From positions 21,864 through 85,863 of the forward strand of contig JAZNVH010000011.1 in the NCBI GenBank assembly GCA_045592745.1: a DNA stretch of 64,000 bases, given 5' to 3'. Origin of the DNA: Candidatus Aphodoplasma sp. (lineage in GTDB: Bacteria > Bacillota > Clostridia > UBA1381 > UMGS1253). Made by a program: the position numbers and the translations under genes. Under the pieces are notes generated by a model. The model was given only the letters and a program-made list of their open reading frames with translations. It ran no database searches and had not been told where the DNA came from. This document shows positions 29,842-39,405 of the stretch, piece after piece (the stretch's first letter is position 1; every line of letters begins with the position of its first letter).

Positions 29842-29906
29842 AAATTAGGTATTTTATTTAAACAAATAGATTATACAGATATTCTAAGAAAAAAGGATTG
29901 GTAACT

Positions 29907-31499
29907 GTGGCAGTAAAGTACATTTTTGTAACAGGCGGTGTTGTTTCCGGCCTTGGCAAAGGAATTACCGTTGCTTCGATTGGCAGACTTTTAAAAGCAA
30001 GAGGTCTGCGAGTTACAATGCAAAAGTTTGATCCATACATTAATATAGGTCCCGGTCGTATGAGCCCCATACAGCACGGTGAGGTTTTTATCACCGATGA
30101 TGGTCACGAAACCGACCTTGATATTGGTCACTATGAGCGTTTTGCTGATGAGAGTCTTACAAGAAACTCAAATACTTCGGCAGGACGCATTTACTGGAAT
30201 GTTATTTCCAACGAGCGTGAAGGCGCTTATGGTGGCGGTACTGTGCAGATTATCCCGCACATTACTGACGAAATTAAAAGAAAGATTTTCAGTGCAGGCA
30301 ACGAGTCAAATGCCGATGTTGTTATTACTGAAATCGGTGGTACTGTCGGCGATATAGAGAGTATGCCTTTCTTGGAGGCTATACGCCAGGTTGCAAGTGA
30401 TGTCGGCCGTGAAAACTGTGTTTATGTTCAGGTGGCGCTCATTCCGTATCTTACTGCTTCGGGCGAGCTTAAGACAAAGCCTGTTCAGCACAGCGTTAAA
30501 GAGCTTTTAAACGTAGGCATACAGCCTGATGTAATCGTATGCCGTACGGAAATGCCTATAAATGATGAAATAAAGAAAAAAATCGGTTTGTTCTGCAATG
30601 TGTCAAGTGACGCTGTTATTCAGAATATTACCGCACCTACTATATATGAAATTCCGCTTATATTTGAGCAGGAGGGACTTTCAAAGGTTATATGTGACAA
30701 ATTATCACTTGGCTGTGGCGAGCCTGACCTTGCAGAGTGGCGTGAGCTTGTTAATACCTTTAAATATCCTGAAAAGGAAACTACCGTTGCCATTGTCGGC
30801 AAGGATGCAGAGCTTCATGACTCATATCTTAGCGTATATGAATCGCTCTTGCATGCAGGTATTGCAAACAAGTGCCGTGTAAATATCAGATGGATTGATG
30901 CACATGACATCAACGAGTCAAATGCTAATGAGCTTCTTGACGGCGTTGACGGCATTTTGAGTCCCGGCGGTTATGGAGCTGACGGTGCTCATGGACAGGT
31001 TGTTGCTTCTGAGTATGCAAGAACTCATAAAATTGCTTTTCTCGGAATCGGACTTGGCATGGAGTTGGCTGTTTTGGGATTTGCACGTAATGCGTGTGGC
31101 CTTTCTGATGCTCAGTCAAAGGAATTTAACAAAGACGCTTCGTGTGATGTGATCTTTGCTCCCGAAAAGGGAACTACCTCGGCAGAGGAGGACGGCGTTA
31201 AACGCGGCGCAAGAGAAACTTTGGTATCAAAGGGTACAAAGCTCTATGATATATATAAGGAAGAAAAAATTTCGGAAAGACACTGGAATGCATATGAGGT
31301 TAATCCGAAATACTATGACGTGCTTGAGAAAAACGGTCTTGTTATATCAGGCAAGTCAACAGACTGCGGCTTTGCAGATGTAATCGAGCTTGCAGACCAC
31401 GGATTTTTTGTGGGTGTAATTTTCCATCCGCAATTTAAATCGCGTCCCAACCGCCCGCACAAGCTTATCAAAGAGTTTGTCGGCGCGTGTTTAAAATAA
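29907..31499 (+). CDS. pyrG: CTP synthase
   Basis: KYIFVTGGVVSGLGKG, the DPYINIGPGRMSP-type block and a C-terminal glutamine amidotransferase half. The GTG at 29907 has better spacing to AAAGGA than the TTG at 29898. Confidence 0.95.
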   Translation: MAVKYIFVTGGVVSGLGKGITVASIGRLLKARGLRVTMQKFDPYINIGPGRMSPIQHGEVFITDDGHETDLDIGHYERFADESLTRNSNTSAGRIYWNVISNEREGAYGGGTVQIIPHITDEIKRKIFSAGNESNADVVITEIGGTVGDIESMPFLEAIRQVASDVGRENCVYVQVALIPYLTASGELKTKPVQHSVKELLNVGIQPDVIVCRTEMPINDEIKKKIGLFCNVSSDAVIQNITAPTIYEIPLIFEQEGLSKVICDKLSLGCGEPDLAEWRELVNTFKYPEKETTVAIVGKDAELHDSYLSVYESLLHAGIANKCRVNIRWIDAHDINESNANELLDGVDGILSPGGYGADGAHGQVVASEYARTHKIAFLGIGLGMELAVLGFARNACGLSDAQSKEFNKDASCDVIFAPEKGTTSAEEDGVKRGARETLVSKGTKLYDIYKEEKISERHWNAYEVNPKYYDVLEKNGLVISGKSTDCGFADVIELADHGFFVGVIFHPQFKSRPNRPHKLIKEFVGACLK

Positions 31500-31566
31500 A
31501 ACTATAGCAGATGTGATACAACAATGTTACTTATTTTACAGTTATATTACATCTGTTAAAACTGCA

Positions 31567-31595
31567 TTGACGAGTTTGATTTGGGATGGTATAAT
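31567..31595 (+). promoter_or_regulatory. Strong extended -10 sigma-A promoter of the first SLH protein gene
   Basis: TTGACG (31567-31572), 17-nt spacer ending in TGg, then TATAAT (31590-31595). Confidence 0.65.
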
Positions 31596-31599
31596 CAAT

Positions 31600-31671
31600 G
31601 CAGGAAGGTGGTTAAGTGTCTTTAATCACCACCGGGCGGGTCGCATATGAAAGAGGGTGACCGCGGCCTGC
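31600..31671 (+). other. Structured 5'-UTR element (Y-shaped fold) in the SLH-1 leader
   Basis: Outer helix GCAGG (31600-31604) / CCTGC (31667-31671) encloses hairpin GGTGGT (31607-31612) / ACCACC (31628-31633) and hairpin GCGGGTC (31636-31642) / GACCGC (31659-31664). Hand-folded; no known riboswitch class recognised. Confidence 0.35.
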
Positions 31672-31729
31672 TACATATTTTAACTCTTTCGACAACCTAA
31701 AAAATTATTATAAGGGAGGATTTGAGACT

Positions 31730-34700
31730 ATGAAAAATCTCAAAAAGGTTTTGGCACTAGTTTTGGCGTGTGTAATGGTATTCGGTACTGTTGCAATGGC
31801 AGGTTCGGTTTATCCGGACGTTGCTGACGACGCTATCTATGCTGAATCAGTAAAAGCATTGTCAGCTCTTGGTATCATCAAGGGTGACGAAAATGGTAAC
31901 TTTAATCCTGACGCTACTATCACTAGAGCGGAAATGGCAAAGATTCTTTGCACAATGCTCGGAACAGGCGATATCGCTCCGGCAAACACAATCTTTAGTG
32001 ATGTTCCGTCATCACACTGGGCTTCCGGTTATGTTAACTACGCTCAGCAGTATGGTTGCATCGCTGGTTATGGCGACGGCACATTCGGTCCTGAGGATCC
32101 GGTTACATACGAGCAGGTTATCAAACTTATAATGGCAGCTCTTGGTTATACACCTATGGCTGAGGAAAACGGCGGTTATCCGACAGGTTACCTCTATGTT
32201 GCTGCTGATATGGAAGTAACAGAGCGTGCAGTAGGTAACGGTCCTGAACCGGCTCCGAGAGGCACAGTTGCAATTCTTGTTTGCAACGCAATGAACACTC
32301 CTGTAATGGAGAGAGTAAGCTATGGTACAGAAGCTGTTTGGGACATCCTTGATGGTGGTTCATACAACGGTATCTACGGTGTACAGAGCCGTGAGTTCAA
32401 GACACTTCTTACTTCAAAGCACAAGGTATACAAGGTAGCTGGTAAGGTAGTAGATTCTTACAAGGGCGAGGCATCATTGAAGGATGGCATTGTAAACACA
32501 GAGATTTGGGATAGAATGAAGATCGGTGTTGATAAGCTTCTTGGTGCTACAGGCCAGAACATGCAACCAAACGGTGAATATCAGTATTATGAACTCAACA
32601 ACATCAACGCTGAAGGCACAGACGCTGCTGAATACGTTGGTTATGAGTCATACCTTTACTTCAAGGTTTCTCTTACAGGTGATATCAACCTTATCTGTGT
32701 AACACCTAAGAGTGCAAGAAATAAGTCAATCGTTATCGAAGATGTTGCTAACGTTTACGATTCTTCAATAGATACTGTTAGAGATGCTGATAAGATTCAG
32801 CTTGTAACAGCTAGTCCTTCACCGGCTCCTGTTAAGTATGTATTCTCATACTGGAATGACAGAGAGACAGAGAACAGAATCACAGCTGTTGACCTTGATC
32901 TTGGTGTAAAAATCTACAAGAACAACAAAAAGGTTACATCAATAGATAACACAAGCGGTGATACAATAAAGGCTTCTATCGTTCCTGCTTCAGGAAAGGG
33001 TAGCATCACATTGGTGGATACAGACAACGATGGTGACTATGACCTTATCAAGACAACAGAGATTATAACAGCTGTTGTTAATACAATTAACGCAAAAGCA
33101 AATGCAATTTATTTAAAGCAGGATGGTAAGAGCAGTGCTCTTATTTATAACAACCTTACAAACTTTAAGCTCAATGCAGATTCTTCACCGGATCTCAGAG
33201 AGTATAAAATCACAATCGATGGCGCTGAAGCTGATGTAGCAGACCTTAAAGAGTATGACGTACTCAGCATCGTAACAAATGATTACGCAAACCCGATTTT
33301 TGTTTACATTGATGTTACAAGAAATGTAATCGAGGGTAAGGTTACAGCTAAGAGAGATGTATTAGGTACTGTAAATGATTATGTTGTAATCGGCGGCGAG
33401 AAATACAAAGCTGCTGCTGTAACAAACATCACTACAGCTGGTATCAATATCGATGAGGAAGGCAAGTTCTACCTCAACGCTGACGGCGAAATCGTATTGA
33501 AGGATACAACTTCAGTTCTCGGCGGTGACTATGCATACCTTTACAGCACAGGCGATGGTAACTTCGCAGGCGAGACTTATGTAAGAATGTTTACAAAAGA
33601 CGGCGCTGACGTTACATACAAAGTTGCTGATAAGATTAAGATTAATGGTGTTCAGGCTGAAAATGCAACAACAGCATTTACAACAGATCAGTTGATAAAG
33701 ATGTTTAGAAACAATACATTCGTACCATCTACTGCACCTGCAGCTGTTGTTAGCGATTTGTTTGCTGCACCTACACCTATTCCGACTGCTACTGGAACAC
33801 CGATTCCGGTTGTAGCTAATAGTGCAGTACCAACGAGTGCAAATTTGACAGCTTCTACATTGATCAAGTGTCTTGTTGATGGTTACAATGATGTTGACAG
33901 AACAGCTTATGAGTTGATTCCGTATACAACTTCTCCGAGTCCAGCAGGTTATGGTGCTGCAGGTTTGAACAGAGATATTGCTAAGTTTGTAAAATATAAG
34001 GTAAATAGCAATGGCGAAATCACAGAGCTTAATATAGCTGCTCATTGGGCAACTGCTGATGGTCAGTTCGGTTACGAAGGATTTGATTCAGATGTACAGT
34101 GGAAAGAATCACTTGCTAAATTTGACGGTGGCGAAGCTATTCCGGATAATGCTGTAGTATTCTTTGTTCCTGCTGTTGGTTCAATTGCTGACTACTCAGT
34201 AAAGACAGTTGCTGATTTGGTTGATGGTACAACGTATACACCTTACTATTTCACAAAAACAGAAGATGGTCCGGCTGCAGTATTGATGTTCGGTTCAAGA
34301 GCTTCAATGGATACAAAGAGCCCGTTTGCAATCTTTGCTGGTGCTTCAAGCATCAAGGTTGACGGTGATGACGCTTACAGCGTTACATACTGGAAAGATG
34401 GCGCTAAGGTTGAAGAAACTCTTACAGTAGTAGATGGTGAGTACGGCGCTTTGGCTAAGGTTGCTGCTATGAATATCGGTGATGCATTTATCTACAGCAT
34501 GAATGATAACGGTCAGGCTGACGATATCCACGTAATCTTCAGTGCTGGTACTGCTCCAGTATACAACGCAGCTTCTCCGTCAGCAACTCCGGTTATTACA
34601 CACGTTCCGACCCTCAGAGCATACATCAGCACACCTGCTGGTTCACCTGCTCCATTCCAGTTCTATGGTGACGCTAATAACACAGCAGACAACGAGCTTA

Positions 34701-35041
34701 TCTTTGGTATCGTTGCTAAGACAAAGTCAATCGAGGGTGGCGTAAGACTTACACTTGCTAACGCAGATGGTGATGTTACTACTGCTGAAACAATCAACGT
34801 TCCGAACACAGCTAAGGTTGTTTACTACAACGCAGCTGCAAATGATGCAAGAAAGCTTGCAGAAGCTGCTGTAACAGATATCATAGAATCACCTATTGCT
34901 TATAAACTTGCAAATGGTAACTATGATTATGCGGATCCTGATTTTGTTAGTCAAATTCAGCACCTCAACTATGCATTCATCAGAGTTTACAAAGACGTTG
35001 TAACAGAAGTTATCTTCGTACGTTACGCTAGCGATCTTTAA
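31730..35041 (+). CDS. S-layer homology (SLH) domain cell-wall protein, 1103 aa (paralog 1)
   Basis: Signal peptide MKNLKKVLALVLACVMVFGTVAMA, then three SLH repeats (YPDVADD...ITRAEMAKIL; FSDVPSSHWASGYVNYA...VTYEQVIKLI; a degenerate third). The rest of the protein is collinear with the 35207 and 56637 proteins. Confidence 0.9.
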   Translation: MKNLKKVLALVLACVMVFGTVAMAGSVYPDVADDAIYAESVKALSALGIIKGDENGNFNPDATITRAEMAKILCTMLGTGDIAPANTIFSDVPSSHWASGYVNYAQQYGCIAGYGDGTFGPEDPVTYEQVIKLIMAALGYTPMAEENGGYPTGYLYVAADMEVTERAVGNGPEPAPRGTVAILVCNAMNTPVMERVSYGTEAVWDILDGGSYNGIYGVQSREFKTLLTSKHKVYKVAGKVVDSYKGEASLKDGIVNTEIWDRMKIGVDKLLGATGQNMQPNGEYQYYELNNINAEGTDAAEYVGYESYLYFKVSLTGDINLICVTPKSARNKSIVIEDVANVYDSSIDTVRDADKIQLVTASPSPAPVKYVFSYWNDRETENRITAVDLDLGVKIYKNNKKVTSIDNTSGDTIKASIVPASGKGSITLVDTDNDGDYDLIKTTEIITAVVNTINAKANAIYLKQDGKSSALIYNNLTNFKLNADSSPDLREYKITIDGAEADVADLKEYDVLSIVTNDYANPIFVYIDVTRNVIEGKVTAKRDVLGTVNDYVVIGGEKYKAAAVTNITTAGINIDEEGKFYLNADGEIVLKDTTSVLGGDYAYLYSTGDGNFAGETYVRMFTKDGADVTYKVADKIKINGVQAENATTAFTTDQLIKMFRNNTFVPSTAPAAVVSDLFAAPTPIPTATGTPIPVVANSAVPTSANLTASTLIKCLVDGYNDVDRTAYELIPYTTSPSPAGYGAAGLNRDIAKFVKYKVNSNGEITELNIAAHWATADGQFGYEGFDSDVQWKESLAKFDGGEAIPDNAVVFFVPAVGSIADYSVKTVADLVDGTTYTPYYFTKTEDGPAAVLMFGSRASMDTKSPFAIFAGASSIKVDGDDAYSVTYWKDGAKVEETLTVVDGEYGALAKVAAMNIGDAFIYSMNDNGQADDIHVIFSAGTAPVYNAASPSATPVITHVPTLRAYISTPAGSPAPFQFYGDANNTADNELIFGIVAKTKSIEGGVRLTLANADGDVTTAETINVPNTAKVVYYNAAANDARKLAEAAVTDIIESPIAYKLANGNYDYADPDFVSQIQHLNYAFIRVYKDVVTEVIFVRYASDL

Positions 35042-35063
35042 TCGTAAATAAGTAATAAAATTA

Positions 35064-35093
35064 AATCGGTGCCGAAAGGCACCGATTTTTTTA
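35064..35093 (+). terminator. Rho-independent terminator after SLH-1
   Basis: AATCGGTGCC GAAA GGCACCGATT followed by TTTTTT. Confidence 0.85.
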
Positions 35094-35131
35094 TGTATTG
35101 AAAATGTAACATATATAACAAATGATATCGC

Positions 35132-35160
35132 TTGACTGGATACAATTTTGGTGATATTAT
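35132..35160 (+). promoter_or_regulatory. Sigma-A promoter of the second SLH protein gene
   Basis: TTGACT (35132-35137), 17-nt spacer, TATTAT (35155-35160). Confidence 0.55.
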
Positions 35161-35206
35161 ATTATTAGGGTTAATGTCCACTTTAATTACACAGGAGGGA
35201 TTTGTT

Positions 35207-38035
35207 ATGCGAGTTACAAAAAAGATTATGGCGCTGGCGCTTTCGCTTGTAATGCTTGTTTCAACAATGATTACAGGCTCTGCGCTTACGTTTAGCGATG
35301 TTACGGACAATACGCGCTATTCAGATGCAATAAATTCGATGGTTGCGTTGGGGCTTTTGGCGGGATATCCTGACGGAACGTTCGGACCGGACAGAACAAT
35401 TACAAGAGCTGAATTTGCAGCGGTTATGACGCGAGCAATTGGCATGGAAGCTTTGGTTGGAGGAGCATCAAGCTCAGCGATATTTACTGATATGGAAGGT
35501 CATTGGGCAACTGGATATGTAAAAATAGCCTACGATAGAGGAATAATTCTCGGAATGGGCGACGGAACATTCGCACCTGATTCTCCTGTTACATATGAGC
35601 AGGTAGTTAAAATGATAGTGTGTGCACTTGGACGTGAGCAGGCAGCGATTAACAAAGGTGGTTGGCCAAATGGATATCTTGCAGATGCGAGTGACATAGA
35701 GCTTACAGTGGGAGCTATTCAGGGATCGACAAATACACCTGCATCTCGCGGAATAGTGGCACAGCTTGTATTCAATTCGCTCGAGATAAGAATAATGGAG
35801 TCTTCTAAGAACGGCAATATGGTGCAGACCAATAAAACCTTGTTAAACGACATGTTAAAAGTAACGAAATTTACAAACATGTTGGTAAGCGAGGTTGATG
35901 GTGTATTATCTATCAATGCAGGCCAAAACAAGGCGAGGGAAGGCGAAATTGTTCTTGAGTCAGGACTTAATGTAGGAGTATATGATTATAAGAATGTTAT
36001 AACATCACCCGAGGCGAGAGATTTTTTAGGATTGTACGTTAGTGGATATTACAAGCAAGACAAATTAAACGACAAAAATGTGCTTTTGAGCATAAGTTCA
36101 CAAACAAAGAATAATACAGAGCTAATATTAGCGTCAGAGGATATAGAAAGATTATCATCTTTTACACTTCGTTATTGGAAGGATAAAGAAAGCAGCAATA
36201 GAACAGAAAGCATTACAATATCGCCTACGGCAAAGCTTATATATAATGGCGTAGCGTATGCATATCTTTCGTCGGGCGATTCGACAAAAAGGGACTTGAC
36301 ATATTGGCTGGACCCGTCGGGCGCAGGATTTATAAACGGCGAGGTAAGAATGCTTGATTCGGGTGCTGATGGTGTGTATGATTCATTGTTTATAGACGAT
36401 TATGAGACATACGTTGTAAAGTCAGCAGTAACAACAAACGATTCTACATATTCGAACAATTATGTTATTTATGATTATTATCAAACGGGCAAAAATATAC
36501 AGATAGATCCGTACGACAGAAATATTACAGTAGATATATACAACGCAAAGACGAATAAAGAGGTTAAAATTGAAAGCTTGAAAGCTATGGATATACTGTC
36601 TGTAGCAGCAAGCAGTGACCATTCAATAATAAAGTGCTATGTATCGACAGATGTATTTAGTGGTTCAATAATTTCGACAAAAGGTTCGAACCCGAAATTG
36701 TATTGCATAAACAATGAGTATTATGAGCTTACGAGAGAATTTGAGCAGGTAGTAAACGCGGGCAAGGTTTCAATGGAGATTGGTTCTTCGGGTAGATTCT
36801 ACCTTGACAAAACTGGCAAAATAGCTGCAGCTTCAATTACAGAAGCGCAGACAGGAAATTATGTATATATCACAGCTGCAGGAAAGCATGATATCATAGG
36901 AGAGAATGCAGCAATTGAAATGATAGCTCTTAGCGGTTCTCCTTCAACACCTACAAAGTATAAGGTATCAAACAGCGCAAGAATTAATAACAGAACATGC
37001 ACAAGTACCACAGAGATTCTTGATGCACTTCAAAATTCTGCAGCACTTCTTGCGTCAAACTCTTCGTCGGGAACAAGTAATTCAATGTATTCACAGCTTG
37101 CAAAGGTTGTAATAAACTCAAGCGGTGAAGTTTCTGCGATTACAACCGTGGCAACAAATGAATCAGGCAATCTTGATGTAGGCAATAATGTAAGTAGTGG
37201 TAAACTAAAAATCGGTCAGACAAACAGACAGTACAGATATTCAGACAACAGCGGTTTTGAAAGTCAGGTATTTATTGATTCATCGACACAGGTGCTTGTA
37301 GTGCCGTCTAACAGACGTGATGCTGATAAATATAAGCGTTCAACAGGCAGCAGATATTTCACAGCGGGCAGAGATTATACAATAGAAGCGTTTGATATGA
37401 ACAGCTCTGCAACTGCAAAGGTGGTTATCGTCTATGGTGATGAAGCTGATATAGCAATTACAAGCGATACACCGGCAAGCCTTGTAATAAGCTGTGTAGA
37501 AATAATCAGCGAAATTACAGGTAGCCGTGCATATAGTCTTGAAGTATATGAGAATGGTGAAATAAAGACATACGAAACAGAAGATTCTTCTTCTACATAC
37601 GCATTAGATGTCGGTGACGTTGCAAGATTTGGATTTAACTCAAGTGGACAGATAAATTCAGTATCGGCTCAGGTTGACGCATCCAATCTTGTGCCTGCGA
37701 CAATGAACGGAACGTTAACAGATGAAAATGGTGAATACAGATTTAAGGCAATTCTTGGAACAGTTGTTTCGCTCGTGCCTGATAGAATTATAATAGCACC
37801 AGCATTTGTTGACGATACAGCAACACCGCCGCTTGTTCAGGATAACAGAGAGGGTTATGCGATAAATCAAGCAGTAAAGGTTTATAGAGTAAATACTAAC
37901 ACAGGCAACATAGAATCCAATGTTGATATTAATAGCATTTTTGAATTTGGTGATATGGCTATTAATTTGAATGCATCAAAGGTTTATGCATACGCTTTGT
38001 CAGGAGATTTGAAGATGGTAGTAATTTATCAATAA
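35207..38035 (+). CDS. SLH domain cell-wall protein, 942 aa (paralog 2)
   Basis: ORF track 35132-38035; the ATG at 35207 follows CAGGAGGGA and gives the signal peptide MRVTKKIMALALSLVMLVSTMITGSA. Three SLH repeats follow (FSDVTDNTRY...ITRAEFAAVM; FTDMEGHWATGYV...VTYEQVVKMI; a third). Confidence 0.9.
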   Translation: MRVTKKIMALALSLVMLVSTMITGSALTFSDVTDNTRYSDAINSMVALGLLAGYPDGTFGPDRTITRAEFAAVMTRAIGMEALVGGASSSAIFTDMEGHWATGYVKIAYDRGIILGMGDGTFAPDSPVTYEQVVKMIVCALGREQAAINKGGWPNGYLADASDIELTVGAIQGSTNTPASRGIVAQLVFNSLEIRIMESSKNGNMVQTNKTLLNDMLKVTKFTNMLVSEVDGVLSINAGQNKAREGEIVLESGLNVGVYDYKNVITSPEARDFLGLYVSGYYKQDKLNDKNVLLSISSQTKNNTELILASEDIERLSSFTLRYWKDKESSNRTESITISPTAKLIYNGVAYAYLSSGDSTKRDLTYWLDPSGAGFINGEVRMLDSGADGVYDSLFIDDYETYVVKSAVTTNDSTYSNNYVIYDYYQTGKNIQIDPYDRNITVDIYNAKTNKEVKIESLKAMDILSVAASSDHSIIKCYVSTDVFSGSIISTKGSNPKLYCINNEYYELTREFEQVVNAGKVSMEIGSSGRFYLDKTGKIAAASITEAQTGNYVYITAAGKHDIIGENAAIEMIALSGSPSTPTKYKVSNSARINNRTCTSTTEILDALQNSAALLASNSSSGTSNSMYSQLAKVVINSSGEVSAITTVATNESGNLDVGNNVSSGKLKIGQTNRQYRYSDNSGFESQVFIDSSTQVLVVPSNRRDADKYKRSTGSRYFTAGRDYTIEAFDMNSSATAKVVIVYGDEADIAITSDTPASLVISCVEIISEITGSRAYSLEVYENGEIKTYETEDSSSTYALDVGDVARFGFNSSGQINSVSAQVDASNLVPATMNGTLTDENGEYRFKAILGTVVSLVPDRIIIAPAFVDDTATPPLVQDNREGYAINQAVKVYRVNTNTGNIESNVDINSIFEFGDMAINLNASKVYAYALSGDLKMVVIYQ

Positions 38036-38083
38036 GACGGTTGATGAAGGACATAAAAGTTATAAATAACAAATAATAAAAAG

Positions 38084-38110
38084 CCCTGATGAGCTTAGTG
38101 CTCATCAGGG
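38084..38110. terminator. Bidirectional terminator between SLH-2 and the convergent repeat protein
   Basis: CCCTGATGAGC / GCTCATCAGGG 11-bp stem with a 5-nt loop, A-run before and TAACTTTTTT after. Confidence 0.8.
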
Positions 38111-38143
38111 TAACTTTTTTAATTGAGTTTTGAAGGAAAGAAT

Positions 38144-39283
38144 TTAATTTAATGTTGCATTTACTACATCACTGTAAATTATATTGCTTACGCCGTCTTT
38201 TAGGTAAATCATATATGCTCTGGCGTACCACACACTACCTGCGGATACAGAATGTTTAGTTATGCTAAATTGTCCCGAGGGTTTTTGTGAGATTGCTTTT
38301 ACTTTGGCAACACCACCTGTGGAAAGATCAAAGTTCTTGCCTGTGTGCACCAAAATTCCTGTTTCAACAAATTCATAATCAAGAGGCAATGATCTTTCTG
38401 CAAGGAAAGCGATTTTGTTTGTAGATGTATTTATATCTGCCACGACAATAGAAAGCGTGGGTTGTTTTTGAATGGGCTGTACATCTTCATATACGGCAGA
38501 TATATTAGTGTTAGTTCCAACATGGAAGCTATATGTTTTATCATAGCTTAATATATTTTTGCCGTTTGACCAATATGCAAATACTTTTCCTTGGGGAATC
38601 AAACTTTCATCAAGGTTAACCACAACTTTTGTATTATATATATATTTACCGCTTCCGGTTCCGCCGGAAACATTTACATCATAAAGCGTGGTTTTTGGGG
38701 TATAACTTGCAATATAGATGCTGTCACCGCTAAGCTCGCTTACATTTATTGTGTTGTTATTAAATGTCTGAGCGATTCCGTTCAGTGTCCATGAATCAAA
38801 AACGTATCCGTGTACAGATGGAGTTGATGGCACATCAATAGTTTTGCTGTCAGCTGCATATGTTAATGAAATTACATGTCCGTTGCTGTTTTGGAACGTT
38901 ACAAGTTTGTTTGGTGTAGTTGGACGAAAAACAGCATTTATTGTTGTGTTGGTGCCGGCCGTTATCACGCATGTTTTATCACGGGTAATAATTCTGCGTG
39001 AATCTACATCTTGCCAATAAAGAAACTCGCAGCCTGTTTCGCTTGCTGTAAGAACAAATTTTGTGCCACTAGCATAATTGCCTGTTATGCCATATTTTCT
39101 GAGAGTTTCATTTGGCATACCAGCATTTTCAATGATTTGACCACTACCACCGCTTGTAGTTATATTTACTTGCACAATAGGTTCCGTAGATGCTAAATCT
39201 TGTGCATACGTACATGGCGCTATCGTCATAAGTAAAAGTGTTGGCAAAACAAGAAATAATATAAATTTTATACGCATATACAT
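38144..39283 (-). CDS. Exported protein with three Listeria-Bacteroides (InlB B-repeat, Flg_new-like) repeats
   Basis: Signal peptide MYMRIKFILFLVLPTLLLMTIAPCTYA. The repeats each carry the aromatic-x-F-x-x-W core: CEFLYWQD..., GYVFDSWTLNG..., GKVFAYWSNG... Confidence 0.6.
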   Translation of the reverse strand: MYMRIKFILFLVLPTLLLMTIAPCTYAQDLASTEPIVQVNITTSGGSGQIIENAGMPNETLRKYGITGNYASGTKFVLTASETGCEFLYWQDVDSRRIITRDKTCVITAGTNTTINAVFRPTTPNKLVTFQNSNGHVISLTYAADSKTIDVPSTPSVHGYVFDSWTLNGIAQTFNNNTINVSELSGDSIYIASYTPKTTLYDVNVSGGTGSGKYIYNTKVVVNLDESLIPQGKVFAYWSNGKNILSYDKTYSFHVGTNTNISAVYEDVQPIQKQPTLSIVVADINTSTNKIAFLAERSLPLDYEFVETGILVHTGKNFDLSTGGVAKVKAISQKPSGQFSITKHSVSAGSVWYARAYMIYLKDGVSNIIYSDVVNATLN

Positions 39284-39405
39284 ACAAATGCTCCATTCTG
39301 TCGGGATATGGACCGACTAAAATTTTTATAATCAGAAATATACAGATAAGCATAGGAGGACGTTTTGCTCTCCTATTTTGCTTTATTATGTCAATTAAGA
39401 ACTGA

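Noticed and set aside
31600-31671. I tried to assign the SLH-1 leader fold to a known riboswitch class (c-di-GMP-I/II, preQ1, SAM).
   Set aside because: None of the conserved core sequences I remember for these classes are present. I kept it only as an unclassified structured leader.
33512-34045. A 177-aa minus-strand ORF inside SLH-1. Similar antisense or off-frame ORFs occur at 4666-5148, 9372-9902, 19771-20262, 60175-60633 and 62383-62808.
   Set aside because: All are embedded in well-supported genes, have Cys/Ser/Ile-rich low-complexity translations typical of the wrong frame, and lack RBS or start context.
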